Assembly: GCF_036588685.1 (NCBI RefSeq)
Contig: NC_086386.1
Coordinates: 20,274,001-20,338,000 of the forward strand
Source: Mytilus trossulus
Lineage: Eukaryota
Reading direction: 5' to 3'
DNA: 64,000 nt
Part shown: positions 45,401-54,490 of the stretch, piece by piece
Numbering within the stretch: the first letter of the stretch is position 1
Layout of the letters: each line of letters begins with the position of its first letter
Position numbers and translations under genes: made by a program
The notes under the pieces: generated by a model
Told to the model about the DNA's origin: nothing
The model's input: only the letters and a program-made list of their open reading frames with translations
Database searches by the model: none

Positions 45401-47254
45401 TCTACAGCCTCAGCAGTAGTAGAAACAATGCCTCTATCTATGACAGAGTACACACCTCAAATTAACAATCAAGGTGTCACAGACAATATAAGAATCAAGT
45501 GGACAGGATTTGCTGATGATATAGGTGTTGAAAGATTTAAGGTACAGTTGACATGTCAAACCTTTCTCGCTATAACTTTTTTTTGTTATTATTATTTTAC
45601 CTTACAGAAGAATGGTACAGTTTTTTTTATCGAGTAATAGTACAGAGAACACATAATACTAATAACAAATCACATCAGCATATATATACTAGAGGTGTCG
45701 AAAATAAACTGCTTAACATTGTAACAACGCTAAGCAAAAACACAAGAATCTAAGCACTGAGCAACACGACCCCCCTTAAAAAAAAAAAAAAAAACACCAC
45801 AAAACGGAGGTGATCACAGGTGCTCTTAATTGCTTATCAGATCCTGTCCCAAATGAGGAAAGTGGTACTATAATAAAAAACATTCAATCATTTCAAGCAA
45901 AACAGGTGAGTCATATCAGTATGTGCGCTGTAGTATATAAGTTGACTTCAATTTTACTTGAAAACATTAGTGGATGCTGAAGCTTTCTATATGTATCTTG
46001 CCTACAACTTTTCAATTTAAATATGTGTTTTGCGAAAGATAGTTCAGGTTATGTATGTGTTCGTGTTAGGTAAAATAGAACTTCAGCTTTGACTGATTGG
46101 TTTGACATATATTTAAGTATTTTGTGTTATGAAGTGTCATGAAAATAAGTTTACCACATTTTGAACCTGTGATTTTGTAATAAAAATTATAAGCTTAAAC
46201 CTGCATAAGATCTATTTAAAAGTTATTGTGATACATATATAGATTTTTATTTTAGGTATTTTACAACAAGGATGGCTTGTCAGAGTTGATGTTCTTTTCT
46301 GATGTACAGGATGTTCTGTATGCACATTTTACGGATACAACATTAACAGAAGGGTCATATGACTTTTCTGTCCAAGCTGTCAATAAACTGTTTAAAATTA
46401 GCAACAAAGTGAAGGCTAATTCAACAGTAGATACATCAGTACCAACAGTAGATAGTAAGTGAAACTGTTAACATATTGTACTTATATTAGCTGCATAGCT
46501 GGGTAATATTTATCATCAATACTTCTATGCTGATTTTATATCATTAATACAAATCTATCTGACAAAATTCGTGTTTTTAAAGGCATCCCAGAGAACTTGT
46601 TTAATGTTTATTTAGGAACTATCAAAAGTCAGTTACAAAGGAAGCACTCTATTGATTGCTACTTGTCTCTATTCTACAGACACAATGTAAGACTGAAAAA
46701 TAAAAATAACTCTTCATTTATTTGTGTCCTAAGCATTTTTATGAATCGATCTTCCATACAAATACTACCATATGAAGAGAAATGAACGCAGGGGAATACA
46801 ATTATTTATTGTAAAAATTGTTTAATGGTGTTAACTATTTTCATATAGCAAACACTATTATACCATACAAAGATCACTATTCTCTCATCTATTTTCAATA
46901 TAATTTATTAAGTTTAATTTGTACTACTAGTATTTGGATCTCTATCAGTAAACTTCTGCAAAAATTATTTCAGGCTCAAAGAACCTGGCGCTTAGTTGGA
47001 TTGATAACAAAGTGGTTGTATCGTGGGACACCATATTTAGTAGTGAAGATGCCCTGTTCTTTGAAGTGTCTTCTGGCTCTGCTCAAGCAGGTGTTGACAT
47101 AATACAGTGGCAAGAAACCATTAATTCCAGTATAACATTTGGCATACCGGCGTCTGTTTCAGCTACCACAGGATTAACAGTCCACGTTACAGTTACAGCT
47201 GTGTCCATCGGTGGACATTCAGCAGTAAAAATTGGACAATTTGTTCTTCCATAA
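285..47254 (+). CDS. Multi-exon gene (3' 36 exons, 5' end outside window) encoding a giant uncharacterised FN3/Ig-like repeat protein with a CBM/galactose-binding-like insert
   Basis: Exons joined manually via GT-AG with consistent phases; summed length 6987 nt (2329 codons incl. stop) if the first acceptor is 284/285. Recurrent motifs DTTPP, G.V.DG, W.GF.D..SG, Y.V.V.A.N.AGL, SDG..VD. No C-terminal TM segment. Confidence 0.9.
1165..1450 (-). mobile_element. Partial retrozyme copy
   Basis: Colinear similarity to 10420-10690; contains HHR. Confidence 0.7.
1201..1245 (-). ncRNA. Type I hammerhead ribozyme motif (C3 mutated)
   Basis: cgtca-aUGAUGA-GUC uuaugaa GAC-GAAA-cgcgug-UC-uggcgu. Confidence 0.75.
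1515..2027 (-). repeat. ~192-bp tandem repeat (~2.7 copies): PLE-B-type 3' tail + retrozyme pseudoknot module
   Basis: gagggac(g)aaa at 1518, 1708, 1902; ctcggggac...caccagcag...cccagtggt module shared with 10690-10750. Confidence 0.8.
3328..3584 (+). CDS. Exon 2 (GHSSFGTDVQ...IDIDPK)
   Basis: tttag|, |gtttgc; overlaps ORF 3393-3593. Confidence 0.85.
3972..4252 (-). mobile_element. HINE/pearl-like element
   Basis: ggggcatccgtgtactttggacacattcttgttt terminus. Confidence 0.75.
4460..4486 (+). CDS. Exon 3, 27-nt microexon (DYITDIPLT)
   Basis: Strong polypyrimidine tttcag|, |gtaaga; phase 0-0. Confidence 0.6.
4714..4911 (+). CDS. Exon 4 (DIEDVDFHTS...LTPFE)
   Basis: tttag|, |gtaaga; WSGF and IGTTAGGSDV motifs. 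Confidence 0.88.
5259..5890 (-). mobile_element. PLE family A 3' UTR fragment
   Basis: Near-identical to 59717-60348. Confidence 0.9.
5785..5851 (-). promoter_or_regulatory. SECIS element copy in PLE-A fragment
   Basis: Same sequence as 60241-60307. Confidence 0.75.
6142..6277 (+). CDS. Exon 5 (TYYFTVTAISSAG...CNMT)
   Basis: tttcag|, |gtaagt. Confidence 0.88.
6825..6850 (+). CDS. Exon 6, 26-nt microexon (DLTLAHHED)
   Basis: tttcag|, |gtaagt; needed to convert phase 1 to phase 0 between exons 5 and 7. Confidence 0.75.
7352..7493 (+). CDS. Exon 7 (DNRIYCADDVDVQ...GVG)
   Basis: gtag|, |gtaagt. Confidence 0.82.
7922..8157 (+). CDS. Exon 8 (MWTIFRDF...GVEK)
   Basis: tttcag|, |gtcagt. Confidence 0.85.
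9106..9270 (+). CDS. Exon 9 (LSVSFTQFYDPD...TANQ)
   Basis: tttcag|, |gtaaaa. Confidence 0.85.
9681..9872 (+). mobile_element. Short interspersed repeat (other copies 28218-28410, 63560-63659; diverged at ~5925, ~34600, ~62790)
   Basis: ttagaccgttggttttcccg...gagagttgtctcattggcactcacaccacatcttcctatatctat. Confidence 0.8.
10092..10281 (+). CDS. Exon 10 (ISFEYEL...PDAL)
   Basis: tttcag|, |gtaata. Confidence 0.85.
10417..10815 (-). mobile_element. Non-LTR retrozyme (~335-bp monomer bounded by hammerhead motifs)
   Basis: HHR at 10455-10500 and second HHR 3' half at 10788-10815; homologous to 1165-1450. Confidence 0.75.
10455..10500 (-). ncRNA. Type I hammerhead ribozyme motif (G12 mutated)
   Basis: gcgtta-CUGAUGA-GUC uuauguu GAC-aAAA-cgcgcc-UC-ugacgu. 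Confidence 0.75.
10816..12130 (-). mobile_element. Degenerate PLE family A copy with RT fragments
   Basis: YRQVIGIPMGSNCAPLIADLFLY (ORF 11904-12107); same 3' UTR as the 59717 copy. Confidence 0.88.
11191..11257 (-). promoter_or_regulatory. SECIS element copy in PLE-A
   Basis: Same hairpin; apical loop UAAC variant. Confidence 0.75.
12282..12521 (+). CDS. Exon 11 (ESHGKQIYLEE...RCGHT)
   Basis: tttcag|, |gtaaga. Confidence 0.85.
12887..13104 (+). CDS. Exon 12 (NGFMNELF...DLTPP...IVYQ)
   Basis: ttgtag|, |gtgatt. Confidence 0.87.
13587..13692 (+). CDS. Exon 13 (TSNTDLYINWDGFRD...ILGI)
   Basis: cataag|, |gtaagc. Confidence 0.82.
14337..14467. mobile_element. Small GC-rich MITE
   Basis: TIR cagtggcggat ... 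atccgcctctg. Confidence 0.75.
14609..14725 (+). CDS. Exon 14 (GTTPGGNDV...YATLK)
   Basis: gacag|, |gttagt. Confidence 0.87.
15157..15292 (+). CDS. Exon 15 (AVDFANRE...DVTPP...EISP)
   Basis: tttag|, tg|gtaagt; its last ~34 nt seed the 59-bp array. Confidence 0.87.
15258..20668 (+). repeat. 59-bp minisatellite, ~92 copies; unit = exon 15 end + splice donor
   Basis: Unit gtcacattacatcaacaacagaaataagtccttg|gtaagtatataaaggtcataagatt; period 59. Confidence 0.98.
21694..21858. repeat. 165-bp near-perfect palindrome, probably the end of a non-autonomous DNA element
   Basis: ggaataacagtactgtagttgaagagttgccaccgtcaa...ttgacggtggcaactcttcaactacagtactgttattcc. Confidence 0.9.
21884..22064 (+). CDS. Exon 16 (WKGVFIDLQSG...YINVR)
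   Basis: tttcag|, |gtaaga. Confidence 0.88.
22823..23099 (+). CDS. Exon 17 (AFNKAGL...DTTPP...GIAY)
   Basis: tttag|, |gtgagc. Confidence 0.9.
23627..23813 (+). CDS. Exon 18 (EFTLEN...DNSPP...YQSM)
   Basis: tttag|, |gtaagt. Confidence 0.9.
24310..24478 (+). mobile_element. Second short interspersed repeat family (copies ~3775 minus, 12705, 28685, 40250, 57270)
   Basis: accattttct...accaagtcaggaatatg...tttgtgattttactttt. Confidence 0.65.
24679..24899 (+). CDS. Exon 19 (NYISAKWYGFDDSQSG...AYNKA)
   Basis: tacag|, |gtttgt. Confidence 0.88.
25831..26060 (+). CDS. Exon 20 (LWAESS...DDTPP...SSLP)
   Basis: tgcag|, |gtaagt. Confidence 0.88.
26325..26478 (+). CDS. Exon 21 (VNGIARSY...DSTPPSR)
   Basis: cctag|, |gtatgt. 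Confidence 0.88.
26415..26740 (+). repeat. Decayed tandem copies of exon 21 end + donor
   Basis: atctcagatac-like motif recurs at ~26428, 26528, 26595, 26693; agaggtatgtatctattgact vs agaggtttgtatatatggact. Confidence 0.65.
27015..27199 (+). CDS. Exon 22 (MFAVSTDH...NLNK)
   Basis: ttcag|, |gtatat. Confidence 0.87.
27322..27459 (+). CDS. Exon 23 (DLETKYV...WAVNK)
   Basis: tatag|, |gtaagc. Confidence 0.85.
27848..28022 (+). CDS. Exon 24, Cys-rich (VGLRSH...CDAISCEGHCVC...DVSD)
   Basis: tacag|, |gtaaga. Confidence 0.87.
28218..28410 (+). mobile_element. Short interspersed repeat, same family as 9681
   Basis: Near-identical to 9681-9872. Confidence 0.8.
29794..29938 (+). CDS. Exon 25 (DVFSGTQY...FPSKPL)
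   Basis: tgcag|, tg|gtaagt; its last 60 nt seed the 91-bp array. Confidence 0.85.
29879..31357 (+). repeat. 91-bp minisatellite, ~16 copies; unit = exon 25 end + splice donor
   Basis: Unit tgatagtgtactgagagc...cccttatg|gtaagtttgtacaactcaatgtaacaacatt. Confidence 0.98.
31474..32057. mobile_element. MITE with ~35-bp TIRs
   Basis: aaaggagtaggtccggtaag ... cttaccggacctactccttt; internal inverted repeat ~31700-31850. Confidence 0.85.
33148..33952 (+). mobile_element. HINE/pearl-like element interrupted by PLE-A
   Basis: Same termini as the 57708 copy. Confidence 0.8.
33278..33657 (-). mobile_element. PLE family A 3' fragment nested in a HINE-like element
   Basis: Near-identical to 59717-60097; flanked by acat...acat. 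Confidence 0.88.
34985..35156. mobile_element. Small MITE
   Basis: TIR gggttgcgttcaatatcgtag...ctacgattttgaacggaaccc. Confidence 0.75.
36600..36721 (+). CDS. Exon 26 (YEWSVGDA...TIGP)
   Basis: gaag|, |gtagac; phase 2 matches exon 25. Confidence 0.82.
37328..37470 (+). CDS. Exon 27 (QQLLEN...VRGTA)
   Basis: tttag|, |gtgagt. Confidence 0.85.
38544..38691 (+). CDS. Exon 28 (VIEKVL...SFPG)
   Basis: taaag|, |gtaagt. Confidence 0.85.
38861..39027. repeat. ~167-bp imperfect palindrome
   Basis: agattcttaca...ggattatcggatttatc...gataaatccgataatcc...tgtaagaatct. Confidence 0.85.
39594..39797 (+). CDS. Exon 29 (YDILTIP...VYDGL)
   Basis: taaag|, |gtatgt. Confidence 0.88.
40662..40883 (+). CDS. Exon 30 (VMDVEY...WHGFLDTESGI...IPQ)
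   Basis: tacag|, |gtaggt. Confidence 0.88.
41722..42504 (+). CDS. Exon 31, 783 nt, contains CBM/galactose-binding-like insert
   Basis: aacag|, |gttagt; NIVDNPSFED...GIFIDNLSV. Confidence 0.9.
42980..43192 (+). CDS. Exon 32 (YATGGTQIQ...DLTPP...NDGL)
   Basis: ttaag|, |gtaaac. Confidence 0.88.
44125..44220 (+). CDS. Exon 33 (EDEDAW...DPESGILFCKWAV)
   Basis: tgcag|, |gtaaga; seeds the 76-bp array. Confidence 0.87.
44160..44582 (+). repeat. ~76-bp diverged tandem repeat, ~5.5 copies; exon 33 end + donor
   Basis: aactgggactacgaagatccagaatctggtatcc...gtag|gtaagactttactt recurs. Confidence 0.92.
45216..45541 (+). CDS. Exon 34 (YQPGGNEL...ERFK)
   Basis: tgtag|, |gtacag. Confidence 0.88.
46256..46454 (+). 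CDS. Exon 35 (VFYNKDG...PTVD)
   Basis: tttag|, |gtaagt. Confidence 0.85.
46974..47254 (+). CDS. Exon 36, last coding exon (SKNLALSW...QFVLP*)
   Basis: ttcag|; stop TAA 47252-47254. Confidence 0.85.
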
Positions 47255-50200
47255 TTAATTGTTTCTGTCTTCTGATTACTGACAAAGGGTATTTGCAATG
47301 GTCGTATTTGAACATTGACAAAAAGTGTCTATTCGTCCGTCCAGTTATTTGTGTATTGTTTAAAATCTATTGTATGTATCTGCATTACTTAGTGCTGTAA
47401 TCTGATTTTTAAATAGCTTTGAAGTAATCCAAAGTCGAGAAAATATAATTTATATAGTTTAAATAATATATAAAACGATTTTTAACCTGATTAAACCTTG
47501 AAAGACAAAATAACTTTAATATAAATCATCGCTAAAATATATATTTTTGTCTTCGATTGCATAAATTTATCATAAAAATTAGAAGAGATGAATTATGCAT
47601 CACCAAACATAAGTTGGTTAACAATAATTATTCATTTTATTCATGTACAATACGTTCAAAAAGAGTTTTTAACTTGTGATAAAAAAACATTTCCGTCCAT
47701 AGCTATCATATATTTATATCTATTTTTTATATTTAATACAGTTGTTGATATCTTTTTGCATATACATTTTTAGTTTTTTGTTATAAAATATGCCATTGTC
47801 CTTGATAACGTTCAGTTTTGTTTTGTTCTTTGTTTTAATGAGATCAAGTTAGTTGTTAGCTTAAAGACACACATATTGAATGTTTATAGACGGTTTGGTA
47901 AAACTTAAAGAAACATGCACTTTATATTTTAATGAAAACCTTTTTAACATGTTTGATAATCAGGTTCTACAATCGACTCTTCGTTTACGTTAAAAAACAA
48001 AAGGATAAAATGAAGTACGAAGAACATTGCGGACTACTATTTCATAAAGGTTTTTTCCACATACAGATTTGACAGTCTCTTCTTGGATAGAACAGTATTT
48101 CAAACAATTCATTTTTTTTATGAAAAGTTTTTATTGATGATACTTGTACAATGGTAGTTTACGGCGACACGGAAGTTTCAGACTAATAGACTTATGAGAT
48201 CCTCTCAGTAGCAGTTTTTCCCTTTTCGATGAGATTTTTTTAATTTGCTTTATGAAGTCATAAGTTTGACGTGTAAACAGTTAATTAGATAACTTTGACT
48301 TCTAACTCATTCAACTATAGAACTTGTTTGTAACTGGCATAATACTCAAACTTTCCATAAGACTCACTGAACTAGTATTTAGACTTCTTAGTTGAGAATG
48401 CTTATTCAACATGTACACAAAGTAAGATTTATATGTGACGTCTAACTTAGCACATCTTGCATTATGTTTCTTAATGGCGTAATCCTATCAAGGAATATAT
48501 GGTCGGTTTCAATTTAAATTGAAAAAGAAAAGAAACAATGGCGATGCTCAAAAGTCTATGTTAATAAATATCAGGAAAACTCAATAATGGTGCTTTTATT
48601 TTTGATCTTTGTCTAAACCAGACTCAAGTTTTTGTGTTATTTCCATTGTTAGCATAGATGTAGGAATAATTAATAATGGCAGATGGCATTGATTAAGGGC
48701 ATATCCAACAGTTTATTTTTGACGGTGAAATTTTTTCCTTTAAGATATTTTATTCTTCAATAGACAGAGAATCAAATTTTGCCAAAAAACAATATGTTGT
48801 CGATTTCGTTTTTGCAAAAAATGCTGCTGAAAATTTTACATTTTTGCAAAAAACGTTTTTTATTTAAAAAAAAATAATTATGATTTTTTAATCAACATAA
48901 ACTTATATAATTGTGCTCAAATTGAAGCTAAATAATTTAAGATGGTAAGAACAATCTAATTTACAATTTAAAGCATTTATTCTTACTCTAACAAAGCCAA
49001 AAACGTCATGGTGAACCCAAACAACGGCAAGAAATCAACATTTGAAATGCACATTTTTGATTTTTTTTAAATATTTCTAACGGTGTCGATTTGACCAAAG
49101 TAAGATATGTTATTCTTTGAATTAAATGGAACGTCATAACGTCTTGAAAAATATTTGTCACCATACTCGTTTTTGAGAAAAATTGAGAAATATGATATTG
49201 TTTACTCAATCCCTGCCGTAAGCCTCACAAATAGCGCAAAAAGTAAGACGTTTTCCGAAAATAACGTTACATTTCCCCGCTCATTTTTCAAAGGCAGTGC
49301 GACGGTGTGGCAGACAAACGTATTTACACTGTGACTTTGTTGGGTAGTTGTCTCGATAGCACTCATATCGCATCTTCTTATTTATAATGAACCAATATCT
49401 GGACGAGATAACAATTCAGTTAGTTTTACTATTGTGTTCGTCAAAATTGTGAAACCAGGGTGTGAAACATACAAACCGTAGAATAACATAAATAGTCCCT
49501 CTGGTATCTTTTCATTTCTCTTTTAAAAACAAAAGTATTACGCGTTAGAAATCCGTTTCTGTGTCTCGGTCTATATTACCATAGCAGGGTTATTTTTCAT
49601 ACTATATTCCCATTTGATTTTTTTGTTCTGAATATTCATTTAGTATGCCAACTGACGTCCTTCATCCATAATCATTAATTATTTTCCGTTACTTTTCAAT
49701 GAAGCGTTTTGCTTATATCGAAATTAACAAAGAGCACGTGAAATTTGCAAACAAACACTTATCTAAAAACTCACTGACTCCGTATTATCAAGTTATTCAT
49801 TTTGCAATTTTCGGGCTTTTTATTCTTTATAGGCCTCTAGCTATAACAAAAATCTGTATGTTGATTCTTAGTGTTTTGAACTATATGGGTCGTTGGGTTG
49901 CTGTCGTATTAATTTATATCTTTAAACCTTTTTCAAAACCAAAGGATTGATTTGGGTATGGAAATATTCACATCTCTGGACTTCTCCCGTCCGACAGTAT
50001 TTCTTTGCTAAAATTAGGTGCGGCCGTTTAGCTGCTCGGATGTATAAATTTGCAGCCTCGTTTAGTAGAAATAAAAGTGTCGTATATCCGATGCATAGTG
50101 CAGTGAGAGTGTCTCGCTATCTATACGTTAAAAAAACATCTAAATAAATGATTGAAGGGATATACGAATTTCGAATAAAATCTCTAAACAACAACAAAGG

Positions 50201-50807
50201 TCACATGAATCTTCAAATAAGTCACATAGCTAATATTAACACATATGCTGCGCCTTTTGCAGTTGTAGATTAAAAACAACTTTATTTAACTAAAGAGATC
50301 AACAATAAATTGAGAATAAAAAGAACCGAAAAGCGAGCAAAACGGTCGCTGTTTTACGCTTCAATATATGAGTTATTGCATATACACAATGGAGATTGTT
50401 TTCTGTTCTACTGCCTTCCACCTAGTTTGGCTGCATACAATGTAACTACTGATGTTGACTTCTATTTTATTATTGATTATTCAAATAAATGAATTGAAAG
50501 AAAAAAATGTGGAAAGAAACTATAAAATTTTCGTTTAAAAATAAAATATAAATAAAAACAAAATACCAAAACTGAAAAACTGTATGAGACAATTATCAGT
50601 TGAGAACTAATGATTATGCATCACTATATGAAACTGATAAATTGATTGCTCTCGTGCTCCATTGGCAAATTTATCACGCATATTTACGACGAGGCGAAAG
50701 TGGATCTGAAGTAAATCATTGATACATTATTATGATAAAGAGTTTGCTAGCGGTAAAACGTATGCCCTACTAGAATAGAGTAGAATAAGATCAACATCTT
50801 GAGTTAA

Positions 50808-51356
50808 GGAGGCTCCTGGGTACAAAAATTTTAGCAAAATATTAAACCTTTATTTTTTCATTACAAATTTTATTTATTACACGATTAGTTGTTACTTTAT
50901 AATATGGTACAAAAAACAACCCACAACAATGATTTGGTTTGGCCCCAGATGACTTTAAAACTTGAAAAAGCTCCAAATTATTTCCCTTTGGTGCGAAAAT
51001 GCCATTTTTTGGCCTTAAATTTGAAATATCTTTTTTTAACTCATCGGTGACCTATATTTTTTATTATTGTTTTCAAATAAGCTGTACATAAACTAAATTA
51101 TTGTAAAATTTAAGCGATTTCTTATATTAGGTTATTTTTTTATTTCGATATTTTCTCTTTTTCTCCTATTAGTTCAACAGAAAAAAGGACATTTACAAAA
51201 ATGTATGCTTTTTCCTGAGGCAGATTTTAGCTTAAATGAACGGTGACCCCATTTTTTTAATTCATTTTTCTTTTAAGTATATGATAAAGTTCATTTATGA
51301 AAAAATATAGCAAAATCCTATATTAGAAAAATAATCATTTATACCCAGGAGCCCCC
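50808..51356. mobile_element. MITE with TTAA TSD (Kolobok-like termini)
   Basis: ttaa|ggaggctcctgggta...tacccaggagccccc|ttaa. Confidence 0.85.
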
Positions 51357-53501
51357 TTAAGCTATAAGCCCCCTCCAAAATTTTGTATTATGGTATTTTG
51401 ATGGCTGTTCTTTTTTCCTCATGAAGACCTACACCGCTTTTTATGGGCTGAATTATATGTGTTTCCTCATACACCTTAAATACCAAAACCGTCAGATATT
51501 TTCTACTTGTATGTCAGTGTAAATATTACAATGTGTTCCTATTTCATTTTTTTTTTAAATTATTACAGTGTCATCTTTTGTTTAACATTGTTTACGAGTT
51601 AAAGGTCGTATTCATTTAAAACGCTACTGTACATTAATAGCACTTCAACGCAAAGTTTGATGAATGTTAGTTTACGCCGTATTTTATTTTTCTAAAGAAC
51701 CTTTGTTTTCATCTTTCTCAAGTAAAACAAAACTTTGAGTTTTCTATTCTAAATGACAAAATCTCGGAAAAGTTTGGTAAAGACTGAATTAATTACAATT
51801 TGCATTCTAATGCAATAATAAATCATTACGCATTTGTTCTCGTTGTTCATTACTACATGTATTGACGATAATTTCAACAAGCTATAACATTTCAAAAAGG
51901 GCTAGTCGTCTCTTAGCTGATGAAAATGGAAAGTGCTCTCGCATTGTAGATTAATTCATTTACTACAATAGCCACATATATATTGCATCGATCAACAAAT
52001 TTTACCACACACGTGAGGTCACACGTAATGAAGTAATATATATCAGTTAACGTTGTTGTTTACGAAACTCCAGAAGATTCGAATTTTTATAGATAAAAGT
52101 TACCTTTGTACCAATATCATATATAGGTGCATGATAAAGGACCAGGCAAAATCTTATTGTTAAAATAGAGAGGACAAATCCGATACTCTACGGGATTGAT
52201 GGACATATACTAGGTTTGGATTGTCCTAACCAATCAATAAACTTTGGTTATTCACTTTTAATATCTTCAAATCAGGTAGCAAGAAAAATTCGCGCACTAA
52301 CTGTGCATCGTTCAATTCCTAATATCGACTTCTAGGAGTCGATAATAAAACGGAAACTTAAGTGAGTATGGTCTTTTATGATAGACCAAAAGGACAAAAA
52401 TATCTTTAAAGATTTGAGTTCTAATTTCTGTTAATATTCTGTATGAGTTTTTTGCCGATTCCCGCCGTGCTCTTTCCTTTGACGAAAGAACCCTCCCTTT
52501 CCAGACGGCCATAGCAATTCCAATGGTGATTCCGTTAAGACGTCCTTAAAACAACGTCAAATTACTGGAAACAAAAGACGACGTTTACGTTTGTTATTAT
52601 CTCCCCTGAAACTATTGGATATGCCCTTTAAGTTATTGATTCAGATCAATTAAAGTAGAACATATTAAGTAAATTGCAACAAAAACCATCGAAATGCATT
52701 AGTTTTCGTTCAGTGTACGTTCAGTTCGTTCAGTTATGATGTGTTTTGGTAAATGTATAATACATTGATACCTTTTGTTCAGTGAGCAATGTAACGATCC
52801 ATGTGTTTGCTTAAAAACATGCTGACATTTAACGTAACCGTATAAAAGTAATATTCCGGTATAACACTTGAAAAAAGAATAAAATAAAACTAGTTTAAAT
52901 GGGCATCAACTATCCGCCTAACCTGTGACAGTGGTATGATTAAAATTAAATGTGAAACTTGATAATTCAGTAAATCATTGAGTCACAATATCCGTTAGGG
53001 CTATCATATTTCCAATAAGTAAGTGGATAGAGTTCCATGTTGATGTGATCACTATTTCATGGTGAACTATTTTAACCAAAACCTAAACCAGGACGGACGG
53101 ATTGATGGAATAACCGACAAACGGACAAAAACACGGATGGAGAAAGAGATGAACTGACGATAACACTGACCAAAAGGGAACAGTGAAAGTGTAATTCTCA
53201 AAATGTTAAACTAAATTTAACTAGAAATTTTCTTTAACTATTGACAACAAAAAAGGCAGGAATGGTTAACCAATGTTCAAATCTTATAAATCGTTTAGCA
53301 GACACTTCAAAGTAACAAACAAAAACTAGAAGACACGCATATAATCTTCAAGGAACGAACAGATACGATATATGTGGTCACCAAGAGTAGAAATAGTGGG
53401 CTAGCATCATTGTCTTTCGCAAGATAATCTGAAATGTTTATAATTTTACAGAACATTCTATTACTATTTTTATATGAGCGTAATTGCACGATGAGTCTTA
53501 T

Positions 53502-54490
53502 CAAGATGCTTGATTGTTTGATTGACAACATATTTGTTACGTTATAATTCAACAGATTACCAGCATTCCAATGGGAACAAAGTGTGCTCCTCTTTTTGCC
53601 GACTTGTTTCTTTATTATTTTGAGGTTGACTTCATACATGATCTTCTAAGTAAGAAAGATAAGAAGTTAGCGACATTCTTTAACTCTACTTTTCCGCTAT
53701 ATAAAATGATGTTCTTTCACTGAATAATTTAAAATTTGGTGACTACATGTATGTAAAACGCATCTTTCCCATCGAACTAGAGAGAAGGAATACTACAGAT
53801 ACATTTAAGTCTGCCTCATATCTTGACTTACATCTAGAAATTGACAATGAGTGTCAGTTGAAATCAAAACTTTACGACAAAAGAAATGATTTCAGCTTTC
53901 CAATTGTGAACTTTCCATTTCTAAGTAGCAACATTCCAGCAGCACCTGCATACTGGGTATATATCTCCCAATTTATACAATATTTCCGTGCTTGCATTTC
54001 TTATCATGATTTTCTCGATAGAGGGTTGTTGCTCACAAGGTGGTTAAACGAAGAGATCCAAATGGTGAAGTTGAAATCATCCCTTCGTAAATTTTACGCA
54101 CGCCATAACGAGTTGGTTGACCGTTGTTATTTATGAAATAACCGTTTCACAAATGATATCGGATATGTTCCTTACGTCATAACTACAATCCCCTTCCTTT
54201 TCATGAATTTGACCTACCGAATTAGACTATTTACCGGATTTGTTATTACATAAGCACACGACGAGTGCCACATGTGAAACAGAATCTGCTTACCTTTACG
54301 GAGCATCTGAGATCACCCCTAGTTTTTCGTGGGATCGTGTTACTTATTCTTTATTTTTATATGTTGTCACTGTTGTGTCATGTTTACTATTGTTTGTATG
54401 TTTGTCCTTTTCATTTTTCCAATGGCGTTGTCGGTTTATTTTCGATCTATGAGTTTGATTGTCCCTGTTGTATCTTTCGTTTCTCTTTTA
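53502..54490 (+). mobile_element. 5'-truncated, mutated Penelope-like retroelement family B
   Basis: IPMGTKCAPLFADLFLY, SASYLDLHLE, LYDKRNDFSFPIVNFPFLSSNIP; 3' tail gtccc...ctctttt. Confidence 0.88.

Noticed and set aside
47255-48100. Polyadenylation site of the main gene
   Set aside because: Only weak candidates (attaaa ~47490) in AT-rich sequence; cannot be placed.
47588-53300. Short ORFs downstream of the gene (e.g. 49699-49950, 50310-50492, 52312-52512)
   Set aside because: No recognisable motifs or splice-supported chain; AT-rich or repeat-derived.
54195-54245. SECIS in the PLE-B 3' UTR
   Set aside because: ATGA...AA...GA is present but helix II does not pair convincingly.
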